The position numbers and the translations under genes are program-made. A stretch of 64,000 nucleotides of DNA from Eledone cirrhosa (lineage: Eukaryota): contig OZ024740.1 in the NCBI GenBank assembly GCA_964016885.1, positions 114,576,001-114,640,000 of the forward strand. Reading direction: 5' to 3'. This document shows positions 1 to 14,599 of this stretch, one piece after another. The notes under the pieces are model-generated. The model was not told the DNA's origin and ran no database searches. It saw only the letters and a list, made by a program, of their open reading frames with translations. Each line of letters starts with the position of its first letter. The stretch's first letter is position 1.

Positions 1-200
1 CACCATCCTTACCACCACTACTAACAACATCATCAACAACAAAAAGCTCTTAATGAAAATAACAGGATAAATGTTAATTAAAATGAAAGTAACAAAAGAT
101 AGTTAAACAAATATATATTTCTATAAATCACGCGAGAAATTTTCAATGACCTTTAGAATTGAATATCGTGTCAATGTTAAAATTCTACGTAGGACAGATG

Positions 201-442
201 TATTAGGTGTAGTGTATGTAGGGGGTATTAGGTGTAGTGTCTGTAGGGGGTATTAGGTGTAGTGTCTGTAGGGGGTATTAGGTGTGGTGTAGGGGGTATT
301 AGGTGTGATGTTGTAGGGATATTAGGTGTGGTGTTGTGGGGGGTATTAGGTGTGGTGTTGTAGGGGGTATTAGGTGTGGTGTTGGGGTATTAGGTGTGAT
401 GTTGTAGGGATATTAGGTGTGGTGTTGTAGGGGGTATTACGT
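201..442. repeat. G-rich minisatellite, ~20-25 bp unit (TATTAGGTGTGGTGTTGTAGGGGG), about 10 copies
   Basis: Direct tandem repetition of tattaggtgt...ggggg visible in the sequence. Confidence 0.9.
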
Positions 443-709
443 GTGCAGTTTTCTGGGAGACATATCTATTTATATATTTTGTTTTACCTCATTTTAATTT
501 TTTTCATTTGTTTCTACATTGTCTTCTTCTTCCCCAGTGAAAGAAATAATCGATCGATGTTGATAGGAAAGTCATTGTTAGGATTACACTACTGTGCTGT
601 TTCAACCATATTCTTGCCATTTACCTAATACTACTACTTCTACTACTAATACGGCTGCTGCTGATGGTGTTGCTGATACTAATAATGCTACTAAATGGTT
701 TCTTATATA

Positions 710-1310
710 GTCACAAGGCCAGCAATTTGGGGTGAGGGGAAAGTCGATTAAATCGACTCCAGTGTGTGACTGATACTTTATTTTATCGACCCCGTAAGGA
801 TAAAAAGCAAAGTTAACCTCTGCGGGATTTGAACTCAGACCCTAAAGGGCCGTAACTCTATGCTGCAAAGCATGGTGTCTGACTCTCAATCGATACTGTT
901 AATCCACCGGCCTTTTAATAATTATTTCTACTTTTGGCACAAGGCCAGCAATTATCCTTTATTTTATCGACCCCATAAGGATGAAAAGCAAAGTTAACCG
1001 TGGCGGGATTTGAAATCAGACCGTAAAGAGGCGTAACTCTATGCTACAAAACATGGCGTCCGACCCTCTACCGATACTACCAATCCACCGCCCTTTTAAT
1101 GATTTCTAGTACAAGCATAAGGCCAGTAAATTGGGAGGAGGGGGAATTCAATTAAATCGATCCCTGTACATTACTGGTGCTTTATTTTATCGATCCCGTA
1201 AGGATGAAAGGCAAAGCTAACCTTGGCGGGACTGGAATTCGAAACGTAAAGGGCCGTACCTCTATTCCACGAAGCAGGGTGTCCGACACTCTACCGATAC
1301 TGCTAATCCA
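710..1310 (-). mobile_element. Three tandem copies of a tRNA-derived SINE (~190 bp each; ~710-912, ~937-1093, ~1110-1310)
   Basis: Reverse complement of the copy at 14600: tRNA-like head with B box GAGTTCAAATCC, then GCCTTTCATCCTTACGGGGTCGATAAAATAAAGTACCAG and tail GGCCTTGTGCC. Confidence 0.8.
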
Positions 1311-1933
1311 GGTGCTAATGATTATAAGAATATTCACATTGGCAATCACAAATTTGAAGGAATGGCCCAGTTCGCGTGTATTTCACTGATAGTAAATGTT
1401 AAAATCAAGCTGAGGTGGGTTGAAGACTTGGGTGGCATGTAAAAATATGAACAAAAACAAAGAAGCCATATCACTGCTCACAACTCGACACACTGTCCCA
1501 TAAATATCTCTATTTGGAACTGCCCACATCCTGCTCAAGTCAATATCGATTCAGTTACTGAACGTAAATAGAACAATCTCCACGCAAAATACACACTCTA
1601 TGCAATAAGCACATAATAAAATAAAACAATGCAACTCATACGACTTATACTCAATAAAATAATATAATCCACATTACACATAAAACACACAACAGAACAC
1701 ACTATAATAACACTACACACATTGCACGTACAACACACAACCCACATTACACGTATTACACACATCACGCTTACAACACACAACAGAACAAACACTAAAA
1801 TAACAAAAGAAACAACAAGCTAAACCCTATAATAAAACAAGGCTGATACAGTACATTAATAGAATTCTCTATTACTCTGTATCTCTACAAATATATGAAC
1901 ACACCTCAGGAACATGGAGAGGGCCCCACGTTA

Positions 1934-2215
<282 letters not shown>

Positions 2216-2685
2216 GTATCCGATTCGTGTGAGCGTTCCTTAGAGGAATCTCTGGACATGAAGTTATTTGAGAGCATGTCCACACATTCAGGAAATAGTG
2301 CATAACCATGTTACTTTCACTGTTGCTATAAGTGCAGTAAAACAACAAAAAAGTCAACATTAATAGTAAAAACAACAACAATAATAAAATAATATGAAGG
2401 CACATTGTATTACAAATAGAAGTATGAATGCTTTTAATCATAATAAATACAATTAGAGCGGGAATGAAATCTAATATGGAGTTTTAATTGACTGTTTTTG
2501 GACATATATCCGGTGATGATGTGGAGGAAGAGAGCTGATGTGATTGAATTCTGTTGTAACAACATCCTTTACTATATAATATCAATATCTGCAATTGGAA
2601 ATATTTATTATCGATTTCCATTTGGTCTAGGATGGAAGTATAAGAGTGACCTGTTGCACGCGAGACATAATTGTTTCTACTTTTG

Positions 2686-2858
2686 GCACAAGGCCAGCAA
2701 TTATGCCAGTGTATTACTGGTACTTTATTTTATCGACCCGATAAAATAAAGTATGAAAGGCAAAGTTAACCTCGGCTGGATTTGAACGCAGACAATAAAG
2801 GGCCGTAACTCTTTGCTGCAAAGCATGGGGTCCGATCCTCTACCGATACTGCCAATCC
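2686..2858 (-). mobile_element. tRNA-derived SINE copy
   Basis: Same conserved blocks as 710-1310 (cacaaggccagcaatt, tttatcgaccc, ggatttgaac). Confidence 0.8.
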
Positions 2859-2892
2859 AATGATTTAAGCACACACTCATACACATGCATAA

Positions 2893-3108
2893 ATGAAGGC
2901 CGGCTGAAAAATTCTTAGGCTAACTATGAAGGAGTGATGCTAGAGATGTAAAATATTGCATACATTGCTTTCAAATCTTCTTAGTAATAACTGCATTATT
3001 TATTTTCAGGGTCTATGTTGAAAAATGAACGCCATTTGGTCATTCCATGAGAGTATCTTGTTCAGCATATGACCTTTCAACCTATGGACTTTTCAGCTTA
3101 CCCTCGTA
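2893..3108. mobile_element. Tc1/mariner-type MITE
   Basis: Imperfect terminal inverted repeats (TIRs) tgaaggccggctgaaaaattc.../...ggacttttcagcttaccctcgTA; an inverted partial copy lies at 4333-4478. Confidence 0.6.
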
Positions 3109-3147
3109 TATATATACATATATATGTGTGTGTTATATATATATATT

Positions 3148-3785
3148 CTAGGGCGGGTAAAATTCCCGAGATCCATGGACTAGTTCCCTCCAGCAGTCTC
3201 TGTCCCTCATTATCGCTGCCATGCTCTGCTTCTCCAGCAGGCCAGTATCTGTCCTTAGGGCATCAACATACGTTAACCTTGGTCTTCCACTTCCAGTGTG
3301 TCCATGTAGGGGCTCCCAAAGGAGGAGCACTGAGTGCAATGTCAACTCTGGATATCGGTGAGCGTGTCCAGCTAACCTTTGTCTACTCTGTGTCACTTTT
3401 TTTTAGCTGACTTTTGGGAGGCTCCCATACAGCTCTGAGTTTTTCATCCTCAGTGTATACTGAATAATGTTCAGAGCCATCCTCAGCATTCTCCTGTAGC
3501 ACCCATCCACTATCTGAGTGAGTTTCTTGGTCAGTGTCCAAGACTCAGACCCGTACAGCAGCACAGACTCCACTCCAGCAATGACTTCAATGATTTCAGA
3601 GGGGATTACTATTGTAGGCGAGAAGCTGCTAGAATTGGTTGAGGACTTCCTGTATTTGGGAGCAAGGATAGGAAATACGGAAGATGATGTAGTTGAGAGG
3701 AAGAGCAAACAAAGTCTGGGCGGCGTGCCACAGCTTGAGATCGGTGTGGAAGTCGGACCTTCGTAAATACCTGAAAATCCGCCTC

Positions 3786-3790
<5 letters not shown>
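3148..3790 (-). mobile_element. 5'-truncated RTE-like LINE with inverted 5' segment, flanked by (TA)n
   Basis: Minus strand: ESVLLYGSESWTLTKK..DGCYRRMLR and RDRDCWRELV (RTE-type RT C-terminus). Plus strand 3585-3790: ELVEDFLYLGA...LKIRLFI, which normally precedes it. Confidence 0.8.
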
Positions 3791-3846
<56 letters not shown>

Positions 3847-3849
<3 letters not shown>

Positions 3850-4020
3850 AACGAGTAGGACACCGACGGCTGAGCTCAAGCCGTTTCGACGGTAATTCTG
3901 GACTAAAAATAGAAATCACCCGTCGGGGTCCTACTCGTTCCTATTACCCACTCTACTACCCTAAGTATTGAGTACTTTCGTGCGTTATGGTCCATCTGGT
4001 TCCTTACCACATTTCCTTCG

Positions 4021-4022
<2 letters not shown>
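3847..4022. repeat. Hairpin-forming dispersed repeat in (TA)n, related to 54916-55168; probably PLE terminal-repeat derived
   Basis: 24-bp inverted repeat 3847-3870/3920-3943; shares the tail tactaccctaagtattg..gcgttatggtcca with the 55.1 kb copy. Confidence 0.6.
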
Positions 4023-4062
<40 letters not shown>

Positions 4063-4270
4063 AATTAATATCTAGTAACATATATATACATACAGATGGA
4101 TATCAATGCTAGCAAATATATAGGTTTTGTCTTAGTAACATTGTGGTTAGAAGACCTTCTTAGTAACATTGTACTTTGTTAGTCTCAGAAGATCCCGTTA
4201 AGGGTGAAAGCACCGATTCTTTGCTTAAACTTTAATCTGTTATTTTAATATATATATATATATATACATC

Positions 4271-4635
<365 letters not shown>

Positions 4636-5204
4636 GACTAATCCCAGTTTTTTTTTTTAAACTGCGATAATATTGCTTATGCTGAACTCCATATTTTTGT
4701 TGAGTTTTTTCGGAATGTTTTGACTCTTGGTTTTTGTAAACAGCTTTTTTCTTCTCATCCCGCCACCACTAGCTTGTATCCATGTGTGTTTTGTTATTTC
4801 ATTTCTACATGCTGTCGCTTGCCTGCTTTTAATTACCCTTCGGCATTTTAGCAGTGGATATTTAGTTAATGTGTTGAGCACTACTGAAGATCGACTCTAC
4901 CGTGAATAACCCCACTGAAAAGTATCGTGAAATAGTCTTTTAAGACTATATAGTGCATTTGTAGTTTTCCCCAAATGGACGCTTAAGTATTTCTTCTTGA
5001 TTTTATTTTGAGTTAAGATTATACTGCTTTTTCCCCAACTTACACAAAGTCTGAGGATAAAGTTTTTCTTCTTGGTTTGTTTTAAATTAAGATTGTATTA
5101 CTTTTCCCTCATCTTACATTAAAAACTTTTTCATCTTGATGGTATAGTCACTTATATGTCGGAATTAATGTTGGCATTTTGCTTACATTAATTCCTCTAT
5201 TTTC

Positions 5205-5273
<69 letters not shown>

Positions 5274-5478
5274 ATAATCAGTGTTGCGACGAGATGAATT
5301 TATTGGACATATTAAAATTGTTTCTCGGGCGACCAGCTCGAGGCACGATCGATATGGTGATAAAACCTGACTCTGAAATCGCGCGGTCCTCGGTCCTCGG
5401 TCCTCATACTCTGCTCCAGAAAAGGCATTGAGTGCTCATAGGGTCTACCGCATACGGACGCTTGAAGCATCCAACACC

Positions 5479-5528
<50 letters not shown>

Positions 5529-5667
5529 TTGTTTATTTCATTTATTAACTATATGTATATATATGTATATATATATATACACGTATAGTTAATAAATGAA
5601 ACAAACAAAACACAAGAGGCAATTTTTACACAGCTATATTGGGTTTCACACTTGGTGGATGTAGAGG

Positions 5668-5709
5668 AAGTTTCGACGTTTCGGATAGAAGACCTTCTTC
5701 AGGAAAGTT
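5668..5709 (-). ncRNA. Minimal type I hammerhead ribozyme motif (PLE type)
   Basis: Minus strand aactttc-CTGAAGA-aggtcttctatcc-GAAA-c-GTC-gaaactt; stem I tttc/gaaa, palindromic stem III ACGT; adjacent hairpin 5525-5612. Confidence 0.65.
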
Positions 5710-6070
5710 CGGATAAGGAGAGAACACAAACACGAATGCATACTAACAGTTAAATACAAATACGTGCGTAAATGCAACACAATAATATGCTCACAAAAAT
5801 ATAAATTGATGACGTATTTGTATCTTAAAACTGCGTGGATTGTACTCTAATGACTGAACTCCATAGATGAATAATATATGTATGTACATATATAATCATG
5901 TATGTATGTGGGTTTGTATATATCTAAATACATACATAAATACATATATATATATATATGTCTGCGTTTATATATATATATAGATATAATTACACACACA
6001 CACACTTATATATACATACACATATATATATATATACCGTATATATATGTATATATACATATATATATAC

Positions 6071-6148
<78 letters not shown>

Positions 6149-6161
6149 AGAGAGAGAGAGA

Positions 6162-6208
<47 letters not shown>

Positions 6209-6344
6209 CGAGACAAACAGATAGAGAGAGAGAGATGACACTTGCCTTAAAAAAATACAATGTCATCCACATCATATTTGCATAATAATAATTATAAATG
6301 TGATGGACCTGAAAATAATTACTAGAGTTCTACATATACAGTTA

Positions 6345-6512
6345 GCGGTAGAGGTCGGACGCCATGCTTTCCACCATAGTTACGTCCCTTTACAGTCTGA
6401 GGTCAAATCCCACCGAGGTTAACTTTACCTTTCATCCCTACGGGGTCGATAAAATAAAGTAGCAGTAATACTCTGGGGTAATTTCTGGCCTTGTGCCAAA
6501 AGTAGAAACAAT
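6345..6512 (+). mobile_element. tRNA-derived SINE copy
   Basis: ggtagaggtcggacgcc...gaggtcaaatccc...cctttcatccctacggggtcgataaaataaag. Confidence 0.8.
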
Positions 6513-7380
6513 TATTTATATTCTTTATCAATGACAATATACACAAACATAATCAGCGTATTGGGTTCTTGATTGTAAGATCGTAATTGTCATCCCCGAC
6601 TGGCTTTGCGGCCCGGATCAAAACAGCATTTCCCGCTGGAAAATGAGTTATAACTTTAACTGAAAGGCCAGTCTTAACACCCATTACGTCCTGCTACATC
6701 TCCTAGAGAATTGCGTCAAGGGGTTGCTCAGCCAATTGCACGTTAATTTCATGAGTATACTGTTCCATTAATGAAACAGCTAGAAATAATTCGTGTCTAT
6801 TGGCGATAGCCCAGTAACAAAAATTTCGGGGTCAAAATATCCATATTTGTGACATTAGCCCCACGAAGGTTTTTTTTAGCGACTTTAAATAATAATTATA
6901 GAATGGACCATGCTGGATATTGCTTAACTAATTATGATTCACTAACTGTCCAGTCATAAAATGGCGAGATAAATTCCCGGAAGGATTAATTCTTGAAATG
7001 TAAACATATTTGTTCCAAGCAAAAATCTTTTACATGATAAAAGATTGATAACTCGATATTAATCAGAACGGAATATCAATATTGAGATGTTCATTAGCAT
7101 ATAGATATAAATGGAAATGAGTCCATATTTATTTTAGTCACACTATGAAAATAGACATTTTAAACTTAGACTTCTTGTGTGAAGAATTTTGACTTGCTTG
7201 AATTCCATGTCATTAAACATAATGGCCATTGTATTGTTGAAGATTTATTAGGATTGCTGCTCTTGTTGATGTTGCTAGTGGTGGTGGTGGTGGTGGTGGT
7301 GGTGGTGATGGTGATATAGTTGGAGGTGCTGTTAGTGCTGTTGTCTTTCGTTTTAACTACTGTTAATATAGCAACAGAAT

Positions 7381-7462
<82 letters not shown>

Positions 7463-7463
7463 C

Positions 7464-7501
<38 letters not shown>

Positions 7502-7779
7502 ATTTGGTTCTAATTTTCATAATCCAAATCCAATTCATTCTCTTCTTCTAGTCGCATCCTCCCGCTCCTCCCCATTTCCTATATTCTTCTTATTATTATT
7601 CTTTTCTTTTTCTTCATTATAATTATTTTAGAAATTCTGAAGAATGAAAAATTTGTTCCGGCGCTTTTTACTCTCCCGTGGACAAAGCCTGCATTGGTCA
7701 CTTTACCCTTTAACCTTGAGGTGGAATGGTGATAAAACAAATTGCAATTTAAGTACTTCACTCCACTTTATGTTAGGAA

Positions 7780-10700
7780 TTGCGTCTAAAATTATCAAAA
7801 ACCATTATCATAATCACCGTTGCGTACCGGAAGATTTGTTTCTGGTGCGAATGTCGCTCGATTTATACAAAGAGATACGAGACAGCTTTCCTCGGGACGT
7901 GGGAACCCCGAACGTAAAACCTACTTCAACACTTTTAAAGGAGTTCCCAAAAGAAACCCCACCAACTATGGAGGTCGAACCACCCGACCTTCACAAGACC
8001 CCGGAAGGTAAGTAAACCTTTCCTCTCTCTCTTTTTAACCTGCCAACATGGCCGTATTAAGAGTATGATGTTTAAATGTTCGAGGCCTGGGATCGCCCTG
8101 GAATCAGAGTCACCTGCTCAACGACCTCGGGTCTCTAGAAATGGATGTAATTGCCGTCAGCGAGACCAGGATTTCCGACACGCCCGCACTAGTCCCCATT
8201 TTCGACGACTATCAGATCTCTGCATCTGTTAGTCGGCCGGGAATGGAAGGTGGGGTGGCAGTGTTGTTTAGGAAAGGCCTGGATCTCGAAGTAAGGTTGA
8301 TCTTCCGGGACCCAGACGGGAAGTTTGTGGTCCTGGGCGTAAACAATAGCGGCCTGACTTCTTTAGACGCCTGTGTAGGAGTATCCGATAGGAGCGGCGG
8401 GTGCAAAGGCTTCAAGAACCTGATCAGCCAGTTCCAACTGTCTGACAGGTACCGAATAGATTTCCCTAATGCGCCAGTGTGGACCTGGACTAACCGCATA
8501 GGGTCATCTAGATCGTATATAGACAGAATATTCATTAGGAAAATAGACAGAAATAGTGTAAGCTGTCCACGTTTTGAAACGGTCGCCTATTCAGATCACA
8601 AGTTTGTGATCTGTATAGTCGCCCTAGATAAGACGCGTAGGTTAGGACTGGTTACTGGAGCTAAACATGTAATTTCCGGCACGTAAGGCTTAATAGGGAC
8701 CAGGTCAACAATTTAGTTAAGAAAAAGTTGACAGGGGGAGTCGTCAACAATAGATGGTGGGAGGCTCTCATAAGAGAGATTAGAGTAATGTCGATAGAGT
8801 TTAGTAAAGAAGTAGCATTACAGAAAAATAGAAAGGAGGGGGAGTTGGTAGATAAGTTAGACGAGACTATTGGTAGTGGCATTGCAACTGATGTGCTAGC
8901 GGCGAGAATGGCATTAGACCATTTCTTCAATGCGAATCACGAAGGTTGCATTGTTAGAGCTAAGGCGCGTGCTCTGAGAAACGAGGGAACCAAAGCTGTT
9001 CGATGGGCCCGCGTGGGAGAGGCACAGCGTGGTAATAAAACCACGATTCGGTCTTTGACGGACCGAGACGGACACGAGCTGAGCGATTCCAAGCAGATGT
9101 GTGAGGCCTTTCGCTAACATTTTGCTAGGTTGTTCGGGGGAAGTGGAGGGTCAGAGGCGGTGGCGGACTTCAGTCCCTACTTCGATGGCTTGCCGCAACT
9201 CTGCCGCGGGGCGCTGCGAAAGGCCGATTACTTCAGCCGAGATTCAGGATGCCCTTGTCGGCTGCATGAGGCGGAAGTCACCCGGTTTGGATGTTCTGCC
9301 CTACGAGCTTTACGTAAATATGCCAGACTTGTTCTCCAATCTCCTCGAAGCGTTCTACTGCAACTGGCAGCCGAACGGGAGTATTCCCAGTTCTGTGAGC
9401 CGGGGTGTAGTGACGCTGATAAGGAAAGACGAGAATAAGAGGGACACATTAGACAATTTCAGACCCATAACTCTGCTCAACACAGAATTTAACATTTTGG
9501 CCAGGGTATTAACGAAGGGGTTGGCGCTTGTCGTCGGGGATTTGGTTGGAGAGGCGAAAACTTGAGCAATCCCAACCAAGTCCAGACACGACAACCTCCG
9601 CCTGATGCGATACATCATATACCACTGATGCGATACATTTACGGGTGTAAATCTGGCTTAGGTGGGGCTCTGATCAATTTAGATCAATCGAAAGCATTCG
9701 ATAGGGTCGACCATCTGTACCTGGAAGCTGTCCTCAAGGCGGCTGGCTTCGGCCCCGTCTTCAGAAGCTAGATCGCTGCAATGCACAGCGGCACTTGCTC
9801 AGTGGTCAAAATTAATGGCCACCTCTCGGAACCGTTTCAGTACTCCCGATCGGTCCGTCAAGGGTGCCCTCTCTCCTCCCTTCTCTACGTATTGACTCTC
9901 GAGCCTTTACTGCGGAAGCTGGAGCTGTTGCAGGGTATCCCGCTCGAACCGGGACGCGGAAACGCTGTGTCGGCTTATGCAGACGACATCACCGTGATGG
10001 TGTCGGACACCTCAGAAATCGAGATGGTCAAGAACTTATTGGAGGAATATGAAAGGTTGATGGGAGCAAAACTTAACCCGGAAAAGTCGGTGGGCTTGCA
10101 ACTCGGCACCTGGAGAGGCAAGTCAATGCCGTCCAACAGCGTCTTTAGGTGCTGGACGGACGGACCGGTAAAGTTGCTCAGGGTTTGGTTCGGGCCAGAC
10201 CTCCAGGTGGATAAGAATTGGGACGAGGTGACGGGCAGGGTAGCCAGTCTCACCCAGAAATGGGCTTGTAGAAAGCTATTACTGAAAGGTCGGGCGGTGG
10301 TGGCGAACGCGTACATCGCGCCCGTCATCTACTACTGTCTCATCGTCGTCCCTTGCCTTTTCGGCCCCCGCCATCTTGGAGCGGTTCCTCTTCAAATTCT
10401 TGTGGAGGGGTCAGATTCCACTGGTGAGGCGGTCCATCTGATGCCAGCAACCTCTACGTGGAAGGCTGGGCATGCCGTGGCTAATGATGCGCAGACACGC
10501 AATGAGGCTGCGGCATTTCCAGAGATTCTGCCTAAACGGTGAACAGGTGTGGTCCCCGTTTGCCAGACAGGCCTTTCCGCAGCTCGCCTCTTTGACTGAG
10601 CTACAGTCCTGGGTCAAGAAGAGACCGAGTCTGGGTGAATAGCATCTGCAATGTTGACAGGCACTCACTGCCCTCTACCAGGCGGTTAATGCGATCAGTG

Positions 10701-11270
10701 GAACTCCCACTCTCGAATTATATAGAGGATTAGTGGTGGGCAAGTGCGACGACGCACTCGGAGAGGCTCTGGGCGTCGACGAAGTCGAACTAACTAGTCT
10801 GTACCGGAGAACTTTCGAGCCGGGGACGATGGATAATTTCCCAAAATCCCTCGCTTGGCAGTGCTACCGAGTGGCACTGTCGGTTCGAAATAAACTCTAC
10901 AGGCACGAAATTTCTGTCAGACGGACCTGCCCGAGATGCGCGCAGAGCGACGAAACCGTTCTGCACGCACTCGTCCAGTGTCCGTGCATTACTGACTTGT
11001 GGACTTATGTCGAACAGCTGTTGTCGCGTGTAGAACGGATCCGGCTATCGGCAGAGTCCAGAGTGAAGATCGACCCGCCGCCTTCTTTTGGCCAGGAAGG
11101 GCAGGCAATTTTCCTCTGTCTGGTAGCAGTAGCGAAAGAGGTTGTATGGTGGACGAGGTTGAAAGGACTGAAGACAGACACTTTTCTCTTCGGCCAATCC
11201 CTCATCAACTTTTTCAAGTTTCACTTGGAAAGGAAGGTGCATTTGTTGAAAGGTGGGTGAATGTGGTTAT
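7780..11270 (+). mobile_element. Degenerate Tx1/L1-clade non-LTR retrotransposon (copy A): ORF1 3' end plus disrupted ORF2
   Basis: AP endonuclease (LNVRGL, VSETR, SYIDRIF, SDHK), RT (FRPITLLN, DQSKAFDRV, RQGCPLS, YADD), C-terminal CPRC..ETVLHALVQC; multiple stops and frameshifts. Confidence 0.92.
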
Positions 11271-11304
11271 TATTATGTATTTACCATACCATATACATAT
11301 GTGT

Positions 11305-11490
11305 ACCGCAGTAAGTAAGGTACTCAATACATTAGTAGATTGTAATCATCAAGTTTGATATCGAAATAGAATCTACAGGACTAGAACGGCTTCATTCGAG
11401 AGAAATCACGAGGAAAGCTATCTGCATGATTTCTTTGGAATAAAACAGTTCTCGTCATGTAGAAGACATTTCTATATAAAATTTGATATA
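11305..11490. repeat. Degenerate hairpin repeat related to 62034-62150 (PLE terminal-repeat-like)
   Basis: Shares cagtaagtaaggtactcaataca..tttgatat..gaaat..aggactag with 62041; imperfect inverted arms ~11350-11415/11422-11490. Confidence 0.5.
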
Positions 11491-11666
11491 TATGTATATA
11501 TATCGTTGTTTATTTTACTGTTGTATACCAATGCCAACGCTGTTGATTATTTGGATATGTATTTAATTCTTTAAATCCTTTTTTTTCTCCAGATTATTAG
11601 AACGTTTAACTTTTAGTTTAAACTCCAAACAGAAATTATAGTGAGAAAATATAATTCACGGTAAAC

Positions 11667-11771
<105 letters not shown>

Positions 11772-12502
11772 CTTTCACACACACACACACACACCTTCTC
11801 TCTTCGTCTCTCTCCCTCTTCTTTTCTTTTCCTCCTTTTCTATTATTCTCTTTTTCTTTCTTTCTCTACCTTAATCTTCATCACTATTCATATTATTTTT
11901 CGTGTGTTTTTTTTTCCACATAAAACCCGCCCCAATCGAACAGTGCTAAACTATTTTCGTGATAAATAGCAATCAATCTTTGGTTGGAAAAATATAAAAC
12001 GCACCAGTTCCAATCTTCGGCCTTTCAATCAACATTAATCGGATTTATGATGGTAGTATCGTCTGCAAAATGATTATATGTTAATCGGCATGCGATATGG
12101 ATGTATAGAAATGTGGATGTATACAAACTAACACATGCACGCACAGTAAAACAGATACATTCATACATGAATACATACATACATATATACATACATGCAT
12201 ACATACATACTTACATAAATACAAACATATACACACGCTTATACAATATATGCTTAAGTGAGCACATACGTATGGAGAAACCTCTAATTTCTACCTCGCA
12301 TGCATACAAACACAGTCACTCACATACCTAGACTCATACACAAACACAGAGACCCCCCCCCCCATATATATATATATATATATCTGTGTGTGTGTATGTG
12401 TATAGGAAAGCATATATGTGTATATATAATTTATTGGAAACAAGTCACTGCTTCACTTTTATCTTTTCAATTAAGAATTATTCATATTTCCTTACATTTA
12501 CC

Positions 12503-12588
<86 letters not shown>

Positions 12589-12617
12589 CATATATATATA
12601 TATAGACATATATATAC

Positions 12618-12675
<58 letters not shown>

Positions 12676-13337
12676 TTACACCAATTACATTTTAAAACAC
12701 ATTATTGATGTATTTTCATAACTTTCTAATATACACTCGCATATCTTTCCCCCTGCATCCTCGTGTTTTACGGTTCGCCAATCTATTGTTCTCCGCACAC
12801 CCCCTCTCTCTCTCTCTATATATATATATATACATATATATATATGTGTGTGTGAGTGTGGGAGGGGTTTGTATGTATGTGTATTTACATAATGCAAATA
12901 CTCACGCAAATTTCCATACGTCCACTCGCTTGCACGTGGTTATATGTGTTTACGTTTACTCTAGATACCATAACCTAGTGGTTGGACAAAAACGATCGAT
13001 AAAATGATTAACGGACTTAGAAGAAAGACGTTTGTTGTGAATATGAACTACTAAATCTCCGAAATGAGTAAAATGCTAACACATTCTAACCATAATTATC
13101 TATGGTAGGCAAATAAACACATGGCATGAATACTTCGAAAAACTAGAATCTTTCGATACAGAAATCGTGTAGCTAGCACACATTAAGCGGAACAGTAATA
13201 GCATGCAAGATGTCTCGAAACTTTTACGTAATATGTCTAGTTTTCCTGCGAAAAAATGTTGTTACTTTGTTGAAAGCCAGCTTCTTGTTTATGAGAAAAA
13301 AGATAATTACAAAACAAAGAATCACACCCACATATAA

Positions 13338-13415
<78 letters not shown>

Positions 13416-13513
13416 GCACACATACATACACACACAAACAATCACACACACATACATACACACATACGCACACATACAGAAACATACACATACACACACA
13501 TATATATATAAAT

Positions 13514-13544
<31 letters not shown>

Positions 13545-14599
13545 CACACATATATATATATATGTGCGTACATATTCACATATACATGTAATACATATAG
13601 AGAAACACGCATAACATAAATGTACTCCTACATACATTAACGCATACACATAAACGTTCACTGACATGCACATACGTACATACATATATTCATAAATACA
13701 TATATTCATACATACACATATATATGCACACCCACTTACAGGCAGGCAGGCATGCAGACATAAACTCAAGGAGACAAACTGTCTTACATGCCTATTGCCT
13801 CCAGGAATGAAGGTTTCCCAACAAAAATTTTCTAAGCTTTCCTTTCGATTAGCATGATTACAATTTCAGCTATGGTGGGATCAGGTGATTTTTATCTTTG
13901 AAATTTTTTATTTCTGCCAAGAAGCTATTAATTTTCTGATCCTCCTTTAGTAGATGTGGAGAGAAAGAGTCATAATAGCAATAGAGAAGAAAATAAAGAG
14001 TAATGTGGAGAGAGAAAGGGAGACAGACAGGGACATAGATAGAGAAAGAAAAGGAGAAAGAGTCAGAGAGAGACTGAGAAGGAGAGAGAAAACAAGAAAA
14101 ACTGGGAAAGAAATTAATAGGAAAGGGAAAACTCATTACGTTAGAATTCTTCATGTTAGTCACGTGTTTACTCTGTTGTGTCGTATTTTAGAAAATAAGA
14201 AAAACAATTAAAAATAAAACAATGACATTTTGTTTCATTGTTTCACTTTTCTTTTCAATTTTTAATGTTTTATGCTTTAAACTACATGTTCCTTCCTTAC
14301 CGAATTTAGCCCTCTATTCTATTAAATAATAGATGTGTTAATAGCCTGTAGGTAGGGAGTTCTTGAGATCAAGCTTTCGTATTTTGTCTCAAGTCTCATG
14401 TGTTAACTTCACGACTCCACTCCTTGCAAAACTGTAGAAAACAAAACTCATTAAGGCTGCACCGACGATTCTATGATTCACCTTTATTATAGACTAAACC
14501 TTTATTATATACTACCAGTAATGTACTGGGTAATTGCTGGCCTTGTGCCAAAAGTAGAAACAATTATATAATAAACCACCATTATTAGCGGAAAATATG

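Noticed and set aside
201-442. Telomeric repeat
   Set aside because: TTAGG occurs only inside a longer minisatellite unit, not as (TTAGGG)n
5902-6285. YIYI/ERER ORFs (also at 12-13.7, 21-22, 26, 59 and 63 kb)
   Set aside because: Translations of (TA)n, (CA)n and (GA)n microsatellites
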